Assembly (NCBI GenBank): GCA_913048435.1
Contig: CAJWWC010000001.1
Location: 25,281-89,280 of the forward strand
DNA from: an uncultured Flavobacteriales bacterium
Lineage (GTDB): Bacteria > Bacteroidota > Bacteroidia > Flavobacteriales > UBA7312
Length of the DNA: 64,000 nucleotides
Direction of reading: 5' to 3'
Of the stretch, positions 47,167 to 57,555 are shown piece after piece; the stretch's first letter is position 1, and every line of letters begins with the position of its first letter. Below the pieces are notes generated by a model, which saw nothing but the letters and a program-made list of their open reading frames with translations, searched no databases and was not told where the DNA came from. The position numbers and the translations under genes are program-made.

Positions 47167-47721
47167 ATGGAGGAAATAGAATTTATATTAGAAAGTACAA
47201 ATGAACAAATGACTAACACTATAAAACATTTAGAGATAGCCTTTTCAAAAATCCGAGCAGGTAAAGCAAATCCGCAAATGCTTGATAACGTTAACATAGA
47301 TTATTATGGTGTGCAAACACCACTATCACAGGCCTCCAACATTAATACACCCGATGCTAGAACTATCTCTGTTCAGCCATGGGACAAAAGCATGCTCGAA
47401 ATTATGGAAAAAGCAATTATTGATGCAAATCTTGGTTTTAACCCCATGAACAATGGTGAAACGATAATTATTAATGTACCACCATTAACAGAAGAGCGTA
47501 GAGTACAACTTGTAAGACAAGCAAAGTCTGAGTCAGAAAATGCTAAGGTTAGTATTCGCAGTTCCAGAAAAGATGCAAATGATGAGCTTAAAAAATTAAA
47601 TGGTATTTCTGAAGATATTCTCAAAGATTCAGAAAACAAAGTTCAAAATTTAACTGATAGTTTCACCTCAAAAATTGATAGTTTTTTTTCATTAAAAGAA
47701 GAAGAAATTTTAACAATATAA
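47167..47721 (+). CDS. frr: Ribosome recycling factor
   Basis: About 184 aa. FSKIRAGKANPQMLDNV.VDYYG..TPL...NI...DARTI.VQPWDKS. The start is taken at the ATG at 47167 (MEEIEF). Confidence 0.9.
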   Translation: MEEIEFILESTNEQMTNTIKHLEIAFSKIRAGKANPQMLDNVNIDYYGVQTPLSQASNINTPDARTISVQPWDKSMLEIMEKAIIDANLGFNPMNNGETIIINVPPLTEERRVQLVRQAKSESENAKVSIRSSRKDANDELKKLNGISEDILKDSENKVQNLTDSFTSKIDSFFSLKEEEILTI

Positions 47722-47745
47722 CTTAATCCAATCTCATACTATCAT

Positions 47746-47771
47746 AGCACTATATTTCACTGTGCTTTTTT
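47746..47771 (+). terminator. Weak candidate terminator after frr
   Basis: AGCAC-(11 nt)-GTGCT followed by TTTTTTG. Only a 5-bp stem. Confidence 0.3.
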
Positions 47772-47811
47772 GTTAAAAATTTATGATTAATTTAAATCAA
47801 TTACAAATACA

Positions 47812-50187
47812 ATGTGGTTAACTGTAGCTCGAGTAATTCTAAGATTTAGAGCCGTATTCATATGGCTTATATTGGTTTCTACATACCTCATGGTACAAAA
47901 GTCAAATAACGTTAATCTTTCCTATTCAATGGCTAGATTACTGCCTAAAGATTCTGATATACAATTAAATTACAATTATTTTGTAGAAAAGTTTGGTATC
48001 AAGGATAATATTATGATCATTGGTGTTGAATCCGAAGATTTTTTTGATTTAGACAATTTTAAGTACTGGCAAAATTTTGAGGATAGTTTAAAATCTATTC
48101 CTGGTGTTGAGGAGGTTTTCTCAATCACAGATGCGGTTGACCTACAAAAGAGCAAAACAGAAAAAAAGTTAGTCATCGAGGCGCTATTTGAAAATATAAC
48201 AAATCAAAAATCTCTTGACCAAAAAGCTTCAAAATTACAACAATTGCCATTTTATGATAATAGGCTAATTAATGATCAGGCCATGTTGATGCTAGTATCA
48301 TTAAGTAATGATTATGTGACTAGTAATAGGCGAGTTAATATGATAAACTCTATTACCAATTTTGGAAAAATCTATTCTAATTCAACTCAAAAAGAAGTAA
48401 AATATTCGGGTCTTCCGTACATAAGGACCGTGCACTCAGAACTAATACGAAAAGAAGTTGGTTTATTTATTTTCTTGGCTCTTTTGGTTACTGCCATTAT
48501 CTTATTTTTCTTTTTCAGATCAATAAAAGTTATGATAATTTCAATTTTAGTTGTTGGCATTGGTGTTATTTGGTCATTTGGTAGTCTTGGAATTTTAGGT
48601 TACGAGATAACAATACTTACTGCATTAATACCACCACTTTTAATTGTAATTGGAGTCCCCAATTGTATTTTCCTAATTAATAAATATCACAATGAATTTA
48701 GAGAGCATGGAAACAAGTCTAGATCTCTAGTTCAGATGATTAGACGTGTGGGTAACATTACCATTCTAACTAATACCACCACGGCATTGGGTTTTGCTAC
48801 ATTTATTCTAACTTCTAGTAAAGATTTACGACAATTTGGCTTAGTTGCCTCTATAAATATATTAGCAGTTTTTATTTTGTCTTTGTTGCTCATTCCTATA
48901 ATTCTTAGCTATTTAAAACCACCTAATAAACGTCATGTTAGTCATCTTGACAGAAAATGGCTAAATAAATTAATACAAAAAGTTACCTACTTTGTTACCG
49001 AAAAGAGAACAGCAGTATATGCCACTACAATTGTGATTATTTCCATTGCTATTTTTGGACTTTTTCAAATGCATATTGCTGGAAATATTACGGATGATAT
49101 TCCCAAAGAGTCAATACTTTACAAAGACATAAAGTTTTTTGAAAAGCATTACAAATCCGTTATGCCTTTCGAAATTATTATTGACACACATAGAAAGAAC
49201 GGTATTACTAAACTATCTACCCTTAAACGCATCAACAAATTGTCCGATACTTTGATGACATATGAAGAGTTTTCTAGGCCAATTTCAATTGTCGACCCTA
49301 TCAAATATTCTAAGCAAGCTATATATAACGGTGAAGAACAATTTTATACTCTACCCAATTCTCAAGAAAAAAAATGGCTCTTTGATTATACCATCAATAG
49401 TGAATCCCCTAGTGAATGGATGAATGCTTTAGTAGATGAAAATCAACAAGTAGGTCGAGTAAGTTTATATGTTACAGATATAGGTACCTCGAGAATGAAA
49501 GAGATAAAAAACGATTTACGTGTGAAAATTGATCAGATTTTCAACCCTGAAAAGTACAAAGTGATACTAACTGGTATGAGTGTTGTTTTTTTAGAAGGTA
49601 CAACATACTTAGTAAAAAATCTATTTATTAGTCTATTTTTAGCCATCTTATTGATATCATTTTTCATGGCTTGGATGTTCAACTCATTTAGAATGGTTGT
49701 TGTTTCTTTGATTCCAAATCTAATTCCATTACTTATAACTGCATCTATAATGGGTTATTTTGGTGTTTCTATTAAACCTTCTACAATATTAGTATTTAGT
49801 ATTGCTTTTGGTATTTCTGTTGATGATACTATACACTTTTTAGCAAAGTACCGACAAGAGCTAAAATATAAAAATAATAATATAAAAGACTCAGTTGTTT
49901 CTGCTATAAAAGAAACAGGTGTTAGTATGTTTTATACATCAATTGTTTTATTTTTCGGGTTTTTTATATTTTTAGCTTCACAGTTTGGAGGAACATTAGC
50001 TTTAGGCATATTAGTTTCAATCACTTTATTAATTGCTTTATTATCAAATTTAATAGTTTTGCCCGCAATGTTATTAAGTTTAGAAAAGTCTCTTATTGAA
50101 GAAGCTATAAGTGATCCTTTACTTGATGTTTTTGATGAGGAAGAAGATATTGAATTAAAAGAATTGACTATTAATAATAAGTTATGA
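47812..50187 (+). CDS. RND-superfamily / MMPL-type (sterol-sensing-domain-like) exporter
   Basis: 791 aa with two blocks of about 6 TMs, each preceded by a large periplasmic loop. Contains [15 protein letters not shown] and [20 protein letters not shown], as in the HpnN/MMPL family. Confidence 0.75.
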   Translation: MWLTVARVILRFRAVFIWLILVSTYLMVQKSNNVNLSYSMARLLPKDSDIQLNYNYFVEKFGIKDNIMIIGVESEDFFDLDNFKYWQNFEDSLKSIPGVEEVFSITDAVDLQKSKTEKKLVIEALFENITNQKSLDQKASKLQQLPFYDNRLINDQAMLMLVSLSNDYVTSNRRVNMINSITNFGKIYSNSTQKEVKYSGLPYIRTVHSELIRKEVGLFIFLALLVTAIILFFFFRSIKVMIISILVVGIGVIWSFGSLGILGYEITILTALIPPLLIVIGVPNCIFLINKYHNEFREHGNKSRSLVQMIRRVGNITILTNTTTALGFATFILTSSKDLRQFGLVASINILAVFILSLLLIPIILSYLKPPNKRHVSHLDRKWLNKLIQKVTYFVTEKRTAVYATTIVIISIAIFGLFQMHIAGNITDDIPKESILYKDIKFFEKHYKSVMPFEIIIDTHRKNGITKLSTLKRINKLSDTLMTYEEFSRPISIVDPIKYSKQAIYNGEEQFYTLPNSQEKKWLFDYTINSESPSEWMNALVDENQQVGRVSLYVTDIGTSRMKEIKNDLRVKIDQIFNPEKYKVILTGMSVVFLEGTTYLVKNLFISLFLAILLISFFMAWMFNSFRMVVVSLIPNLIPLLITASIMGYFGVSIKPSTILVFSIAFGISVDDTIHFLAKYRQELKYKNNNIKDSVVSAIKETGVSMFYTSIVLFFGFFIFLASQFGGTLALGILVSITLLIALLSNLIVLPAMLLSLEKSLIEEAISDPLLDVFDEEEDIELKELTINNKL

Positions 50188-51038
50188 AAGGAATTATTTT
50201 AGCTGGAGGTTCAGGCACTAGGCTACATCCTCTTACTTTATCAGTTAGTAAGCAGGCTTTACCTGTATATGATAAGCCTATGATTTATTATCCATTGACT
50301 ACTTTAATATATTCAGGTATTAATGAGATATTAATTATTTCTACACCTCATGATTTACCAGTTTTTAAGCGACTTTTGGGAGATGGGAGCTCTTTAGGCT
50401 GTAATTTTGAATACAAAGCCCAAGAAACTCCTAATGGTTTAGCTCAAGCTTTTATTATAGGAGAAGACTTTATTGGCGATAATAAGGTTTGTTTGGTTTT
50501 GGGTGATAATATTTTTTATATGAAACGTCAAATTCTCCAATCTAGCATGGATTTAAAAGGGGGTTTAGTTTTTGGTTACCATGTGAACGATCCAGAGCGT
50601 TATGGTGTTGTTGAGTACGATGAGAATTTAAATGTAGTTAGCATTGAAGAGAAACCCAAAAATCCGAAGTCTAACTTTGCTGTTCCAGGTTTATATTTTT
50701 ATGATAATGATGTTGTCGAGATTGCTAAAAATATTACTCCTTCACCTCGAGGAGAATACGAAATCACAGACATCAATTTAGAGTATCTTAAAAGAGGCAT
50801 GCTAAAAGTCAAAACATTAGGACGAGGTTCAGCTTGGCTTGATACTGGTACGTTCAAATCTTTAATGCAAGCAAGTCAGTTTGTTGAGGTAATAGAAAGC
50901 AGGCAAGGACGTAAGATAGGATGTATAGAAGAGGCGGCATATAAAATGGGCTTAATTGATGAACATCAATTGATACAACTAGCACAGCCACTATTGAAAA
51001 GTGGTTATGGAAATTATTTAATATCTCTGTTAAAATAG
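50184..51038 (+). CDS. rfbA: Glucose-1-phosphate thymidylyltransferase
   Basis: 284 aa. [18 protein letters not shown]...[10 protein letters not shown]...LGDNIF. ATGA overlap with the MMPL gene. Confidence 0.9.
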   Translation: MKGIILAGGSGTRLHPLTLSVSKQALPVYDKPMIYYPLTTLIYSGINEILIISTPHDLPVFKRLLGDGSSLGCNFEYKAQETPNGLAQAFIIGEDFIGDNKVCLVLGDNIFYMKRQILQSSMDLKGGLVFGYHVNDPERYGVVEYDENLNVVSIEEKPKNPKSNFAVPGLYFYDNDVVEIAKNITPSPRGEYEITDINLEYLKRGMLKVKTLGRGSAWLDTGTFKSLMQASQFVEVIESRQGRKIGCIEEAAYKMGLIDEHQLIQLAQPLLKSGYGNYLISLLK

Positions 51039-51040
51039 CA

Positions 51041-52006
51041 ATGAAATCTATAGACGAACTAAGAACATTAGTAGAGCAGGAGCTGTATAGCTTAAAATAT
51101 CCTAGTTCTCCTGTCGATTTGTATTCACCCATAGAGTATATTATGTGTTTAGGAGGTAAACGAATGCGTCCTATTCTTTTGTTGTTGGCCTATCAACTAT
51201 TCGATAAGGATGTCCAAAAAGCCATCAAGCCATCTTTATCGATAGAATTTTTCCACAATTTTACTTTGTTACATGATGATATTATGGATAAAGCACCAGT
51301 TAGAAGGGGCAAAGCAACTGTGCATGCCAAATGGAATGAAAATGTTGCCATTTTATCAGGTGACGCAATGCTCATACAATCTTATAAATACTTGTGCGAT
51401 TTACCATCAGATAAATTAATCAAGTGTTTAGACGTATTTAATAAAATGGCTTTACAAGTTTGTGAGGGGCAGCAATATGACATGGATTTTGAAATACAAG
51501 CTGAAGTTGATATGGAATCTTATCTAAAAATGATCGAACTTAAAACGGCAGTTTTATTGGGAGCAGCTCTCAAAATGGGAGCTATCATTGGTGGTTCTAA
51601 TGAAAAACAATCTGACACACTCTATGAGTTTGGGAGAAACATTGGTATTGCATTTCAGCTTAAAGACGATTTACTGGATGTTTTTGGTGATAAACAAAGC
51701 TTTGGGAAACAGGTAGGAGGCGATATTATTGCTAGCAAAAAAACCTGTCTTTACCTTAAAGCGCTTTCTCTTACCGAAGGGAAGCAAAAAATGGAACTCG
51801 TAAATCTTTACAGTTCACAATCGTTAAATGATATCGAAAAAGTGGAGCGAGTTAAGACTATATATAATTTAATGGATATAAAAGAACATATAGATAATTT
51901 GATTGATTATTATTATTCAGAAGCCATTAAGTCTTTAAATTTTATAAATGCTGACCTTACTGAATTAAAGTTATTTGCTTCTATTTTAAAGAAAAGAGAA
52001 AACTAA
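51041..52006 (+). CDS. Short-chain polyprenyl diphosphate synthase (FPP/GGPP synthase-like)
   Basis: 321 aa with motifs LLHDDIMD and FQLKDDLLD. An aromatic Phe at -5 before the first motif (FHNFTLLHDD) is typical of short-chain enzymes. It starts 2 nt after the rfbA stop. Confidence 0.8.
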   Translation: MKSIDELRTLVEQELYSLKYPSSPVDLYSPIEYIMCLGGKRMRPILLLLAYQLFDKDVQKAIKPSLSIEFFHNFTLLHDDIMDKAPVRRGKATVHAKWNENVAILSGDAMLIQSYKYLCDLPSDKLIKCLDVFNKMALQVCEGQQYDMDFEIQAEVDMESYLKMIELKTAVLLGAALKMGAIIGGSNEKQSDTLYEFGRNIGIAFQLKDDLLDVFGDKQSFGKQVGGDIIASKKTCLYLKALSLTEGKQKMELVNLYSSQSLNDIEKVERVKTIYNLMDIKEHIDNLIDYYYSEAIKSLNFINADLTELKLFASILKKREN

Positions 52007-52066
52007 AGCTAACCTTGAACTCTTAAAATAGAGCCAATTATAGGTAGAAAAATCAATAAAATTCAA

Positions 52067-52074
52067 TAGTTTTG
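52067..52074 (+). promoter_or_regulatory. Putative -7 box TAGTTTTG for sucAB (17-nt spacer)
   Basis: Matches TAnnTTTG upstream of the ATG at 52092. Confidence 0.4.
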
Positions 52075-52091
52075 TCTTAACCGAAAAATTG

Positions 52092-54800
52092 ATGGCAAAC
52101 AAATTTTCTTTTCTAGGGGCAGTTCATACTAATATGGTTGAAATCATGTATGAACAATACATTGAAAACCCCGAATCGGTAAATCAAGAATGGCGTAACT
52201 TCTTCACAGGTTTCGATTTTGCTAAAGAAGTTTATTCTGAAGAAGACGAAGTCCCAGAAACCTTTAAGAAAGAGTTTCAAGTTATAAATCTTATTGATGC
52301 CTATCGTAAAAGTGGTCATTTGTTTACCCATACCAATCCTGTTCGTGAGAGAAGAAAATATTCCCCCACATTAGACATTGAAAATTTTGGGCTTGAAGAA
52401 TCCGATATGGGAATTATTTTTCAAGCGGGTAGTCAAGTGGGTATAGGGCCATCTAGTTTAAAAGATATCATTACACACCTTAAGCAGGTGTATTGTCAAT
52501 CTATTGGCGTCGAGTATATGTATATCCGTAAGCCCGACCAAGTGGAATGGATAAAAAATAGATTGCATAAAAATAGTAATACTCCTACTTTCAGTCCTCA
52601 AGAAAAGAAACAAATTCTACGCAAACTTAATCAAGCAGTAGCCTTTGAAAATTTTATGCATACTAAGTTTGTCGGTCAAAAACGTTTTTCTTTAGAAGGT
52701 GCTGAAGCCCTTATTCCAGCATTAGATGCACTGATTGAAAAAGGGGCGAGTATAGGAGTTGAAGAATTCGTTATGGGCATGGCACATAGAGGGCGACTAA
52801 ATGTTTTGGCTAATATTTTCAACAAAACTTACAAAGATATTTTCTCTGAGTTTGAGGGTAAAGAATACGAAGACCGTCTATTTGCTGGTGATGTAAAATA
52901 CCATTTGGGTTATACTTCCGAACAAGCCTGTAATAATGGCAAGAAAGTAAAAATGTCTCTATCACCTAATCCATCGCATTTGGAAGCTGTTGATCCTGTT
53001 GTGCAAGGAATAGCAAGAGCAAAAATTGACCAAAATCATAATGGAGACAACTCTAGGATAGTTCCTATTCTTATTCACGGTGATGCGGCTTTAGCAGGGC
53101 AAGGCGTAGTCTATGAAGTCGTTCAAATGGCACAATTAGATGGCTACAAAACAGGAGGCACCATTCATATTGTAGTAAACAATCAGGTAGGTTTTACTAC
53201 CAATTATTTAGATGCCCGTTCTAGCACTTATTGTACCGATGTGGGTAAAGTGACCTTATCGCCCGTTTTTCATGTCAACGGTGACGACGTAGAAGCTGTA
53301 GTACATGCTATGGAAATGGCGGTAGAGTACAGACAAAAGTTTCACAAAGATGTATTTATAGATTTATTGTGTTACAGAAAGTATGGTCACAACGAAGGTG
53401 ACGAGCCTCGTTTTACGCAGCCTATGCTTTATAAAGCCATTAGTAAGCACCCTAACCCTAGAGAAATTTATAACCAAAAATTAATTAGTGAAGGAATTGT
53501 TGGTGCTAACATTGTCAAGGAGATGGAGCAAGAATTTAAGCAGTTGTTACAAGACCGCTTTGATGAATCTAAAGAAATTGAAAAAGCTCACATCACTCGC
53601 TTTATGCAAAGTGAATGGGAAGGCTTTAGAAAATCTAAAGATACTGACTTTATATCCTCGCCAGACACTTCAGTCCCTATCGATACACTTAAAGAGGTAG
53701 CTAAAAAAATATATACGGTGGCTCAGTACGACTCACTGTTTAAAAAGACCCAACGTTTATTAGCGGAACAGAAGAAGATGGTAGAGGTAAAAAACCAACT
53801 GGATTGGGGAACTGCTGAATTGTTGGCCTATGGTACGCTATTACATGAAGGCAACTCTATACGTTTGAGTGGGCAAGATGTAGAAAGGGGAACCTTTTCA
53901 CACCGTCATGCTGTATTGAAGTTAGAACAATCGGAGCAAGAAATAGTACCCTTGAATAGTATAAACCCTAAGGCTAGTTTTGAAGCTTATAATTCCCTAT
54001 TATCAGAATATGGAGTCTTAGGTTTTGATTACGGATATGCTATGGCCTTACCTAATACCCTAACCATTTGGGAAGCCCAATTTGGAGATTTTAGCAATGG
54101 TGCTCAGATTATGATTGACCAGTTTATTTCTAGTGCTGAAGACAAGTGGAAAACCTATAATGGTTTGGTTATGCTCTTACCTCATGGTTATGAGGGGCAA
54201 GGTGCTGAACACTCCAGCGCTAGAATGGAACGATATTTGCAGATGTGTGCTAAGCACAATATGCAGATGGTCAATTGCACCACTCCAGCTAACTTTTTCC
54301 ATGTTATGAGAAGACAACTCAGAAGAGAGTTCAGAAAGCCTTTGGTTGTATTTACTCCTAAAAGTTTATTGCGACACCCCTTGTGCGTATCCACATTAGA
54401 AGATTTGTCAGCGGGGCGATTCCTAGAGTTAATAGATGATATTCAAGTTAAGCCATCGGCAGTAGAAAAAGTAGTCTTTTGCAGTGGTAAAATCTATTAC
54501 GAATTACTTCAAGAGAGAGAGAAAATAGCTCGTATGGACGTGGCATTAGTTCGCTTAGAACAGCTTTATCCATTACCAGAAGAACAAATAAATATTGTAT
54601 TAGAAAAGTATAAAGGTAAGTCATTGATATGGGTACAAGAAGAGCCTAAAAATATGGGTGCTTGGACACATATCCTAAATCGATTACAACACTTACCGTT
54701 TGAGTTAATTGCCTCTAGACCCAGTGCAGCCACTGCCTCTGGTTCGTCTAAGCAAGCTGCTCACAGACAACGATTAATTATAGAAGAAGTTTTTAAATAG
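52092..54800 (+). CDS. sucA: 2-oxoglutarate dehydrogenase E1 component
   Basis: About 902 aa. LIDAYRKSGHLF...NPSHLEAVDPVV.G...HGDAALAGQGVVYE...LLPHGYEGQGAEHSSAR. Confidence 0.95.
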   Translation: MANKFSFLGAVHTNMVEIMYEQYIENPESVNQEWRNFFTGFDFAKEVYSEEDEVPETFKKEFQVINLIDAYRKSGHLFTHTNPVRERRKYSPTLDIENFGLEESDMGIIFQAGSQVGIGPSSLKDIITHLKQVYCQSIGVEYMYIRKPDQVEWIKNRLHKNSNTPTFSPQEKKQILRKLNQAVAFENFMHTKFVGQKRFSLEGAEALIPALDALIEKGASIGVEEFVMGMAHRGRLNVLANIFNKTYKDIFSEFEGKEYEDRLFAGDVKYHLGYTSEQACNNGKKVKMSLSPNPSHLEAVDPVVQGIARAKIDQNHNGDNSRIVPILIHGDAALAGQGVVYEVVQMAQLDGYKTGGTIHIVVNNQVGFTTNYLDARSSTYCTDVGKVTLSPVFHVNGDDVEAVVHAMEMAVEYRQKFHKDVFIDLLCYRKYGHNEGDEPRFTQPMLYKAISKHPNPREIYNQKLISEGIVGANIVKEMEQEFKQLLQDRFDESKEIEKAHITRFMQSEWEGFRKSKDTDFISSPDTSVPIDTLKEVAKKIYTVAQYDSLFKKTQRLLAEQKKMVEVKNQLDWGTAELLAYGTLLHEGNSIRLSGQDVERGTFSHRHAVLKLEQSEQEIVPLNSINPKASFEAYNSLLSEYGVLGFDYGYAMALPNTLTIWEAQFGDFSNGAQIMIDQFISSAEDKWKTYNGLVMLLPHGYEGQGAEHSSARMERYLQMCAKHNMQMVNCTTPANFFHVMRRQLRREFRKPLVVFTPKSLLRHPLCVSTLEDLSAGRFLELIDDIQVKPSAVEKVVFCSGKIYYELLQEREKIARMDVALVRLEQLYPLPEEQINIVLEKYKGKSLIWVQEEPKNMGAWTHILNRLQHLPFELIASRPSAATASGSSKQAAHRQRLIIEEVFK

Positions 54801-54806
54801 AAGGTT

Positions 54807-55988
54807 ATGCTGTTAGAAATGAAAGTACCTAGTCCTGGAGAGTCTATCTCCGAAGTTGAAATCGCTCAATGGTTGGTTGAAGACGGCGACTATGTTGAAA
54901 AAGATCAAGAAATTGCTGAAGTAGATTCGGACAAAGCTACATTAGCATTGCCAGCTGAGGAAAGTGGTATCATTAAGTTGGTAGCCGAAGAAGGTGATAC
55001 TGTTGAGGTAGGTCAAGTGGTGTGTATAATCAATACTGATGGTGTTGGAGAAACTAAAATTAAGGCTCCAGCTCAAGAGTCATCAATATTAGATAGCGCG
55101 TCAAGGGCTGCTAAGTCAGTAGATTCTAAGGTCACTCCATTAGCCAAAGCCATAATTTCACAAAATGACTTGCTACCAAATGATTTCAAAGGAAGCGGAG
55201 AAGGAGGAAAGATTTTGAAGGACGATGTGATGGAAGCTATGGCATCTGTCAAGACCGATGGGCCAAGAGGCACAGAGCGTAAGAAAATGTCTATGCTTAG
55301 AAGAAAAGTGGCTCAGCGCTTGGTATCTGTAAAGAACGAAACAGCTATGCTAACCACTTTCAACGAAGTGGATATGTCTGCTATTTTCGCTATCCGAAAA
55401 GAATACAAAGAAGCCTTTAAAGATAAGTACGATGTCACTTTAGGTTTCATGTCCTTTTTTACCAAAGCTATAACTACGGCACTGGTGGAATTTCCAGATG
55501 TTAATGCTCAAATAGATGGCAAGGAAGTGATTTACCACAACTATGCCGATATCAGTATAGCAGTAAGTGCTCCTAAAGGCTTGATGGTACCAGTTATTCG
55601 CAATGCCGAATTGATGAATTTTAAAGAAGTAGAATCGGAAGTCAAGCGTTTGGCATTACGTGCTAGAGATGGAAAAATTACCCCAGATGAAATGTTAGGC
55701 GGGACCTTTACCATTACTAACGGTGGGGTGTTTGGTTCTATGTTATCCACACCAATTATCAACCCACCACAGTCGGCGATATTGGGAATGCACAATATTG
55801 TAGAACGGCCTGTGGCAGTCAACGGGAAAGTAGAGATAAGACCCATAATGTACGTAGCCTTATCTTATGATCACCGTATCATTGACGGTAGAGAATCGGT
55901 AGGTTTCTTAGTCAGAGTTAAAGAATGCTTAGAAGATCCAAGGACTCATTTACTGAATGGAGACGTTAAAAAGAGTTTAGGACTCTAA
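54807..55988 (+). CDS. sucB: Dihydrolipoyllysine-residue succinyltransferase (E2 of 2-oxoglutarate dehydrogenase)
   Basis: 393 aa with lipoyl attachment [13 protein letters not shown] and catalytic [11 protein letters not shown]. Confidence 0.9.
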   Translation: MLLEMKVPSPGESISEVEIAQWLVEDGDYVEKDQEIAEVDSDKATLALPAEESGIIKLVAEEGDTVEVGQVVCIINTDGVGETKIKAPAQESSILDSASRAAKSVDSKVTPLAKAIISQNDLLPNDFKGSGEGGKILKDDVMEAMASVKTDGPRGTERKKMSMLRRKVAQRLVSVKNETAMLTTFNEVDMSAIFAIRKEYKEAFKDKYDVTLGFMSFFTKAITTALVEFPDVNAQIDGKEVIYHNYADISIAVSAPKGLMVPVIRNAELMNFKEVESEVKRLALRARDGKITPDEMLGGTFTITNGGVFGSMLSTPIINPPQSAILGMHNIVERPVAVNGKVEIRPIMYVALSYDHRIIDGRESVGFLVRVKECLEDPRTHLLNGDVKKSLGL

Positions 55989-55992
55989 TGTT

Positions 55993-56020
55993 AAAAGCCA
56001 ACGAAAGTTGGCTTTTTTTT
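55993..56020 (+). terminator. Rho-independent terminator after sucB
   Basis: aaaagccaac-GAAA-gttggctttt forms a 10-bp stem with a GAAA tetraloop, followed by a T-tract. Confidence 0.85.
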
Positions 56021-56070
56021 GTTTTAAAATTTTTGAGAAAATGAACGTTTATGACAAAAATTCAAGCCCT

Positions 56071-57555
56071 ATGAAAAAGTATGAACTACTTGCTTTATTG
56101 CTATGCCTAAGCATACAGTCATTTGCTCAAGATCATCCAAACAGCCCATTGAAAGGAGTTTTGTATGACCATAACAGTCGACAGCCTTTGATGTATGCTA
56201 GTATTTTTGTTATAAACAGCAACACTGGAGTTATTAGCAACGAACAAGGGCAATACGCTATTGATATATCTTCTTTTAGATTACAAGATAGTATTCGTTT
56301 TCAGTATATGGGCTATCAGATTAAAGATGTTGCAATTAGCGAATTATTGCATTCTGCCGATGTTTATTTAGAAGAAAACATAATTAATATAAGCGAAACT
56401 CTTATTTTTGGCAGTGAGCAAGATCCCGATTTCATTGTCCAACAAGTTTTGCTGTATGCTGATAGCAATTACCACAAGGATTATTCGGCATCTGAAGTAT
56501 TTGTCAGAAAACGAGATGAGTCGGATTTATTGTTGTTTAATTTAGACTATAAGAAAAGCACCATTTCGGAAATAGACCAAGACGCTATAGCTATGGCACA
56601 GCAAAAAATGCCTCGTCACTCTACTTCTTACACCGACTTTTTAGGCGAAATGCTAAGCTCACCAGAAAAAACTGATAGCCTTCGTATTAAGATAAAGCCT
56701 AAAAAGGTAGTTAGTTTAAATGACAAGGACATTACAGAAATAGACCAATTAGCTCAAGTTTTTGAAGATGCTTTTAAGAAAACCGATAGCTTAGAATATT
56801 GGAAAATAAAAACTGGAATTATTGGCGGTAAGTTAGGCCTTGATTTTCGAGATACGACTTTGAATTTACAAGAGGACGAAATAGCAGTCATGGACTTTGC
56901 TACTAATTTGTATTACGATTTGAACGATTATCAATTTGATAAAGAAGACATGTGGGACTTTTTACACAAACCTTCTCGTTATAGCTTCACTTTGGTGGGT
57001 GGCACACGACTTCAAGGACAGGATATTTACATAATAGACTTTGTGCCCAAGAACAAAGGACTTTATGAGGGTAGGTTATACATCGGTCTATCGTCTTATG
57101 CCTTGCTCAGAGCCGACTTTCAATATGCTGAGGGCAAACATGGCAGGAACTTCAAGTTGATGGGAGTTAGTTTTAAAGAAGAAGAATATAAAATATCTGT
57201 GAATTTTGAGAAAGCAGATGAGCGTTATCATCTCAAATACTTTTCATTCAAAAAGGTTTCTAGCTTTGGTATTGATAGAAAACTTGCTCTATTGAAAAAG
57301 AGAAAGAAACCACTTTTTGATAAAACCCTATTGGAGCTTAAAGGGGCTATAGATATGCAAGTAAGGAGTCAGCAGTCTTTTGAATGTTTACTTTTATCTT
57401 ATGAGGATATTAGCCCCTGGGATTACCACCATTTTGAGCAGAGTAAAAAAATGAAGGTTATATATGTAGAACAGTTTGATGATAGCCTATGGCAAGGCTA
57501 TGATATCTTAGAACCTACTAAGCAAATGCGAGATTATAAGAAAATTAGTTATTAA
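56071..57555 (+). CDS. Hypothetical secreted protein with N-terminal carboxypeptidase-regulatory-like domain
   Basis: Signal peptide MKKYELLALLLCLSIQSFA followed by PLKGVLYDHNSRQPLMYASIFVINSNTGVISNEQGQYAI (CarboxypepD_reg-like). The remaining ~400 aa are unrecognised. Start uncertain (ATGs at 56041 and 56071). Confidence 0.5.
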   Translation: MKKYELLALLLCLSIQSFAQDHPNSPLKGVLYDHNSRQPLMYASIFVINSNTGVISNEQGQYAIDISSFRLQDSIRFQYMGYQIKDVAISELLHSADVYLEENIINISETLIFGSEQDPDFIVQQVLLYADSNYHKDYSASEVFVRKRDESDLLLFNLDYKKSTISEIDQDAIAMAQQKMPRHSTSYTDFLGEMLSSPEKTDSLRIKIKPKKVVSLNDKDITEIDQLAQVFEDAFKKTDSLEYWKIKTGIIGGKLGLDFRDTTLNLQEDEIAVMDFATNLYYDLNDYQFDKEDMWDFLHKPSRYSFTLVGGTRLQGQDIYIIDFVPKNKGLYEGRLYIGLSSYALLRADFQYAEGKHGRNFKLMGVSFKEEEYKISVNFEKADERYHLKYFSFKKVSSFGIDRKLALLKKRKKPLFDKTLLELKGAIDMQVRSQQSFECLLLSYEDISPWDYHHFEQSKKMKVIYVEQFDDSLWQGYDILEPTKQMRDYKKISY

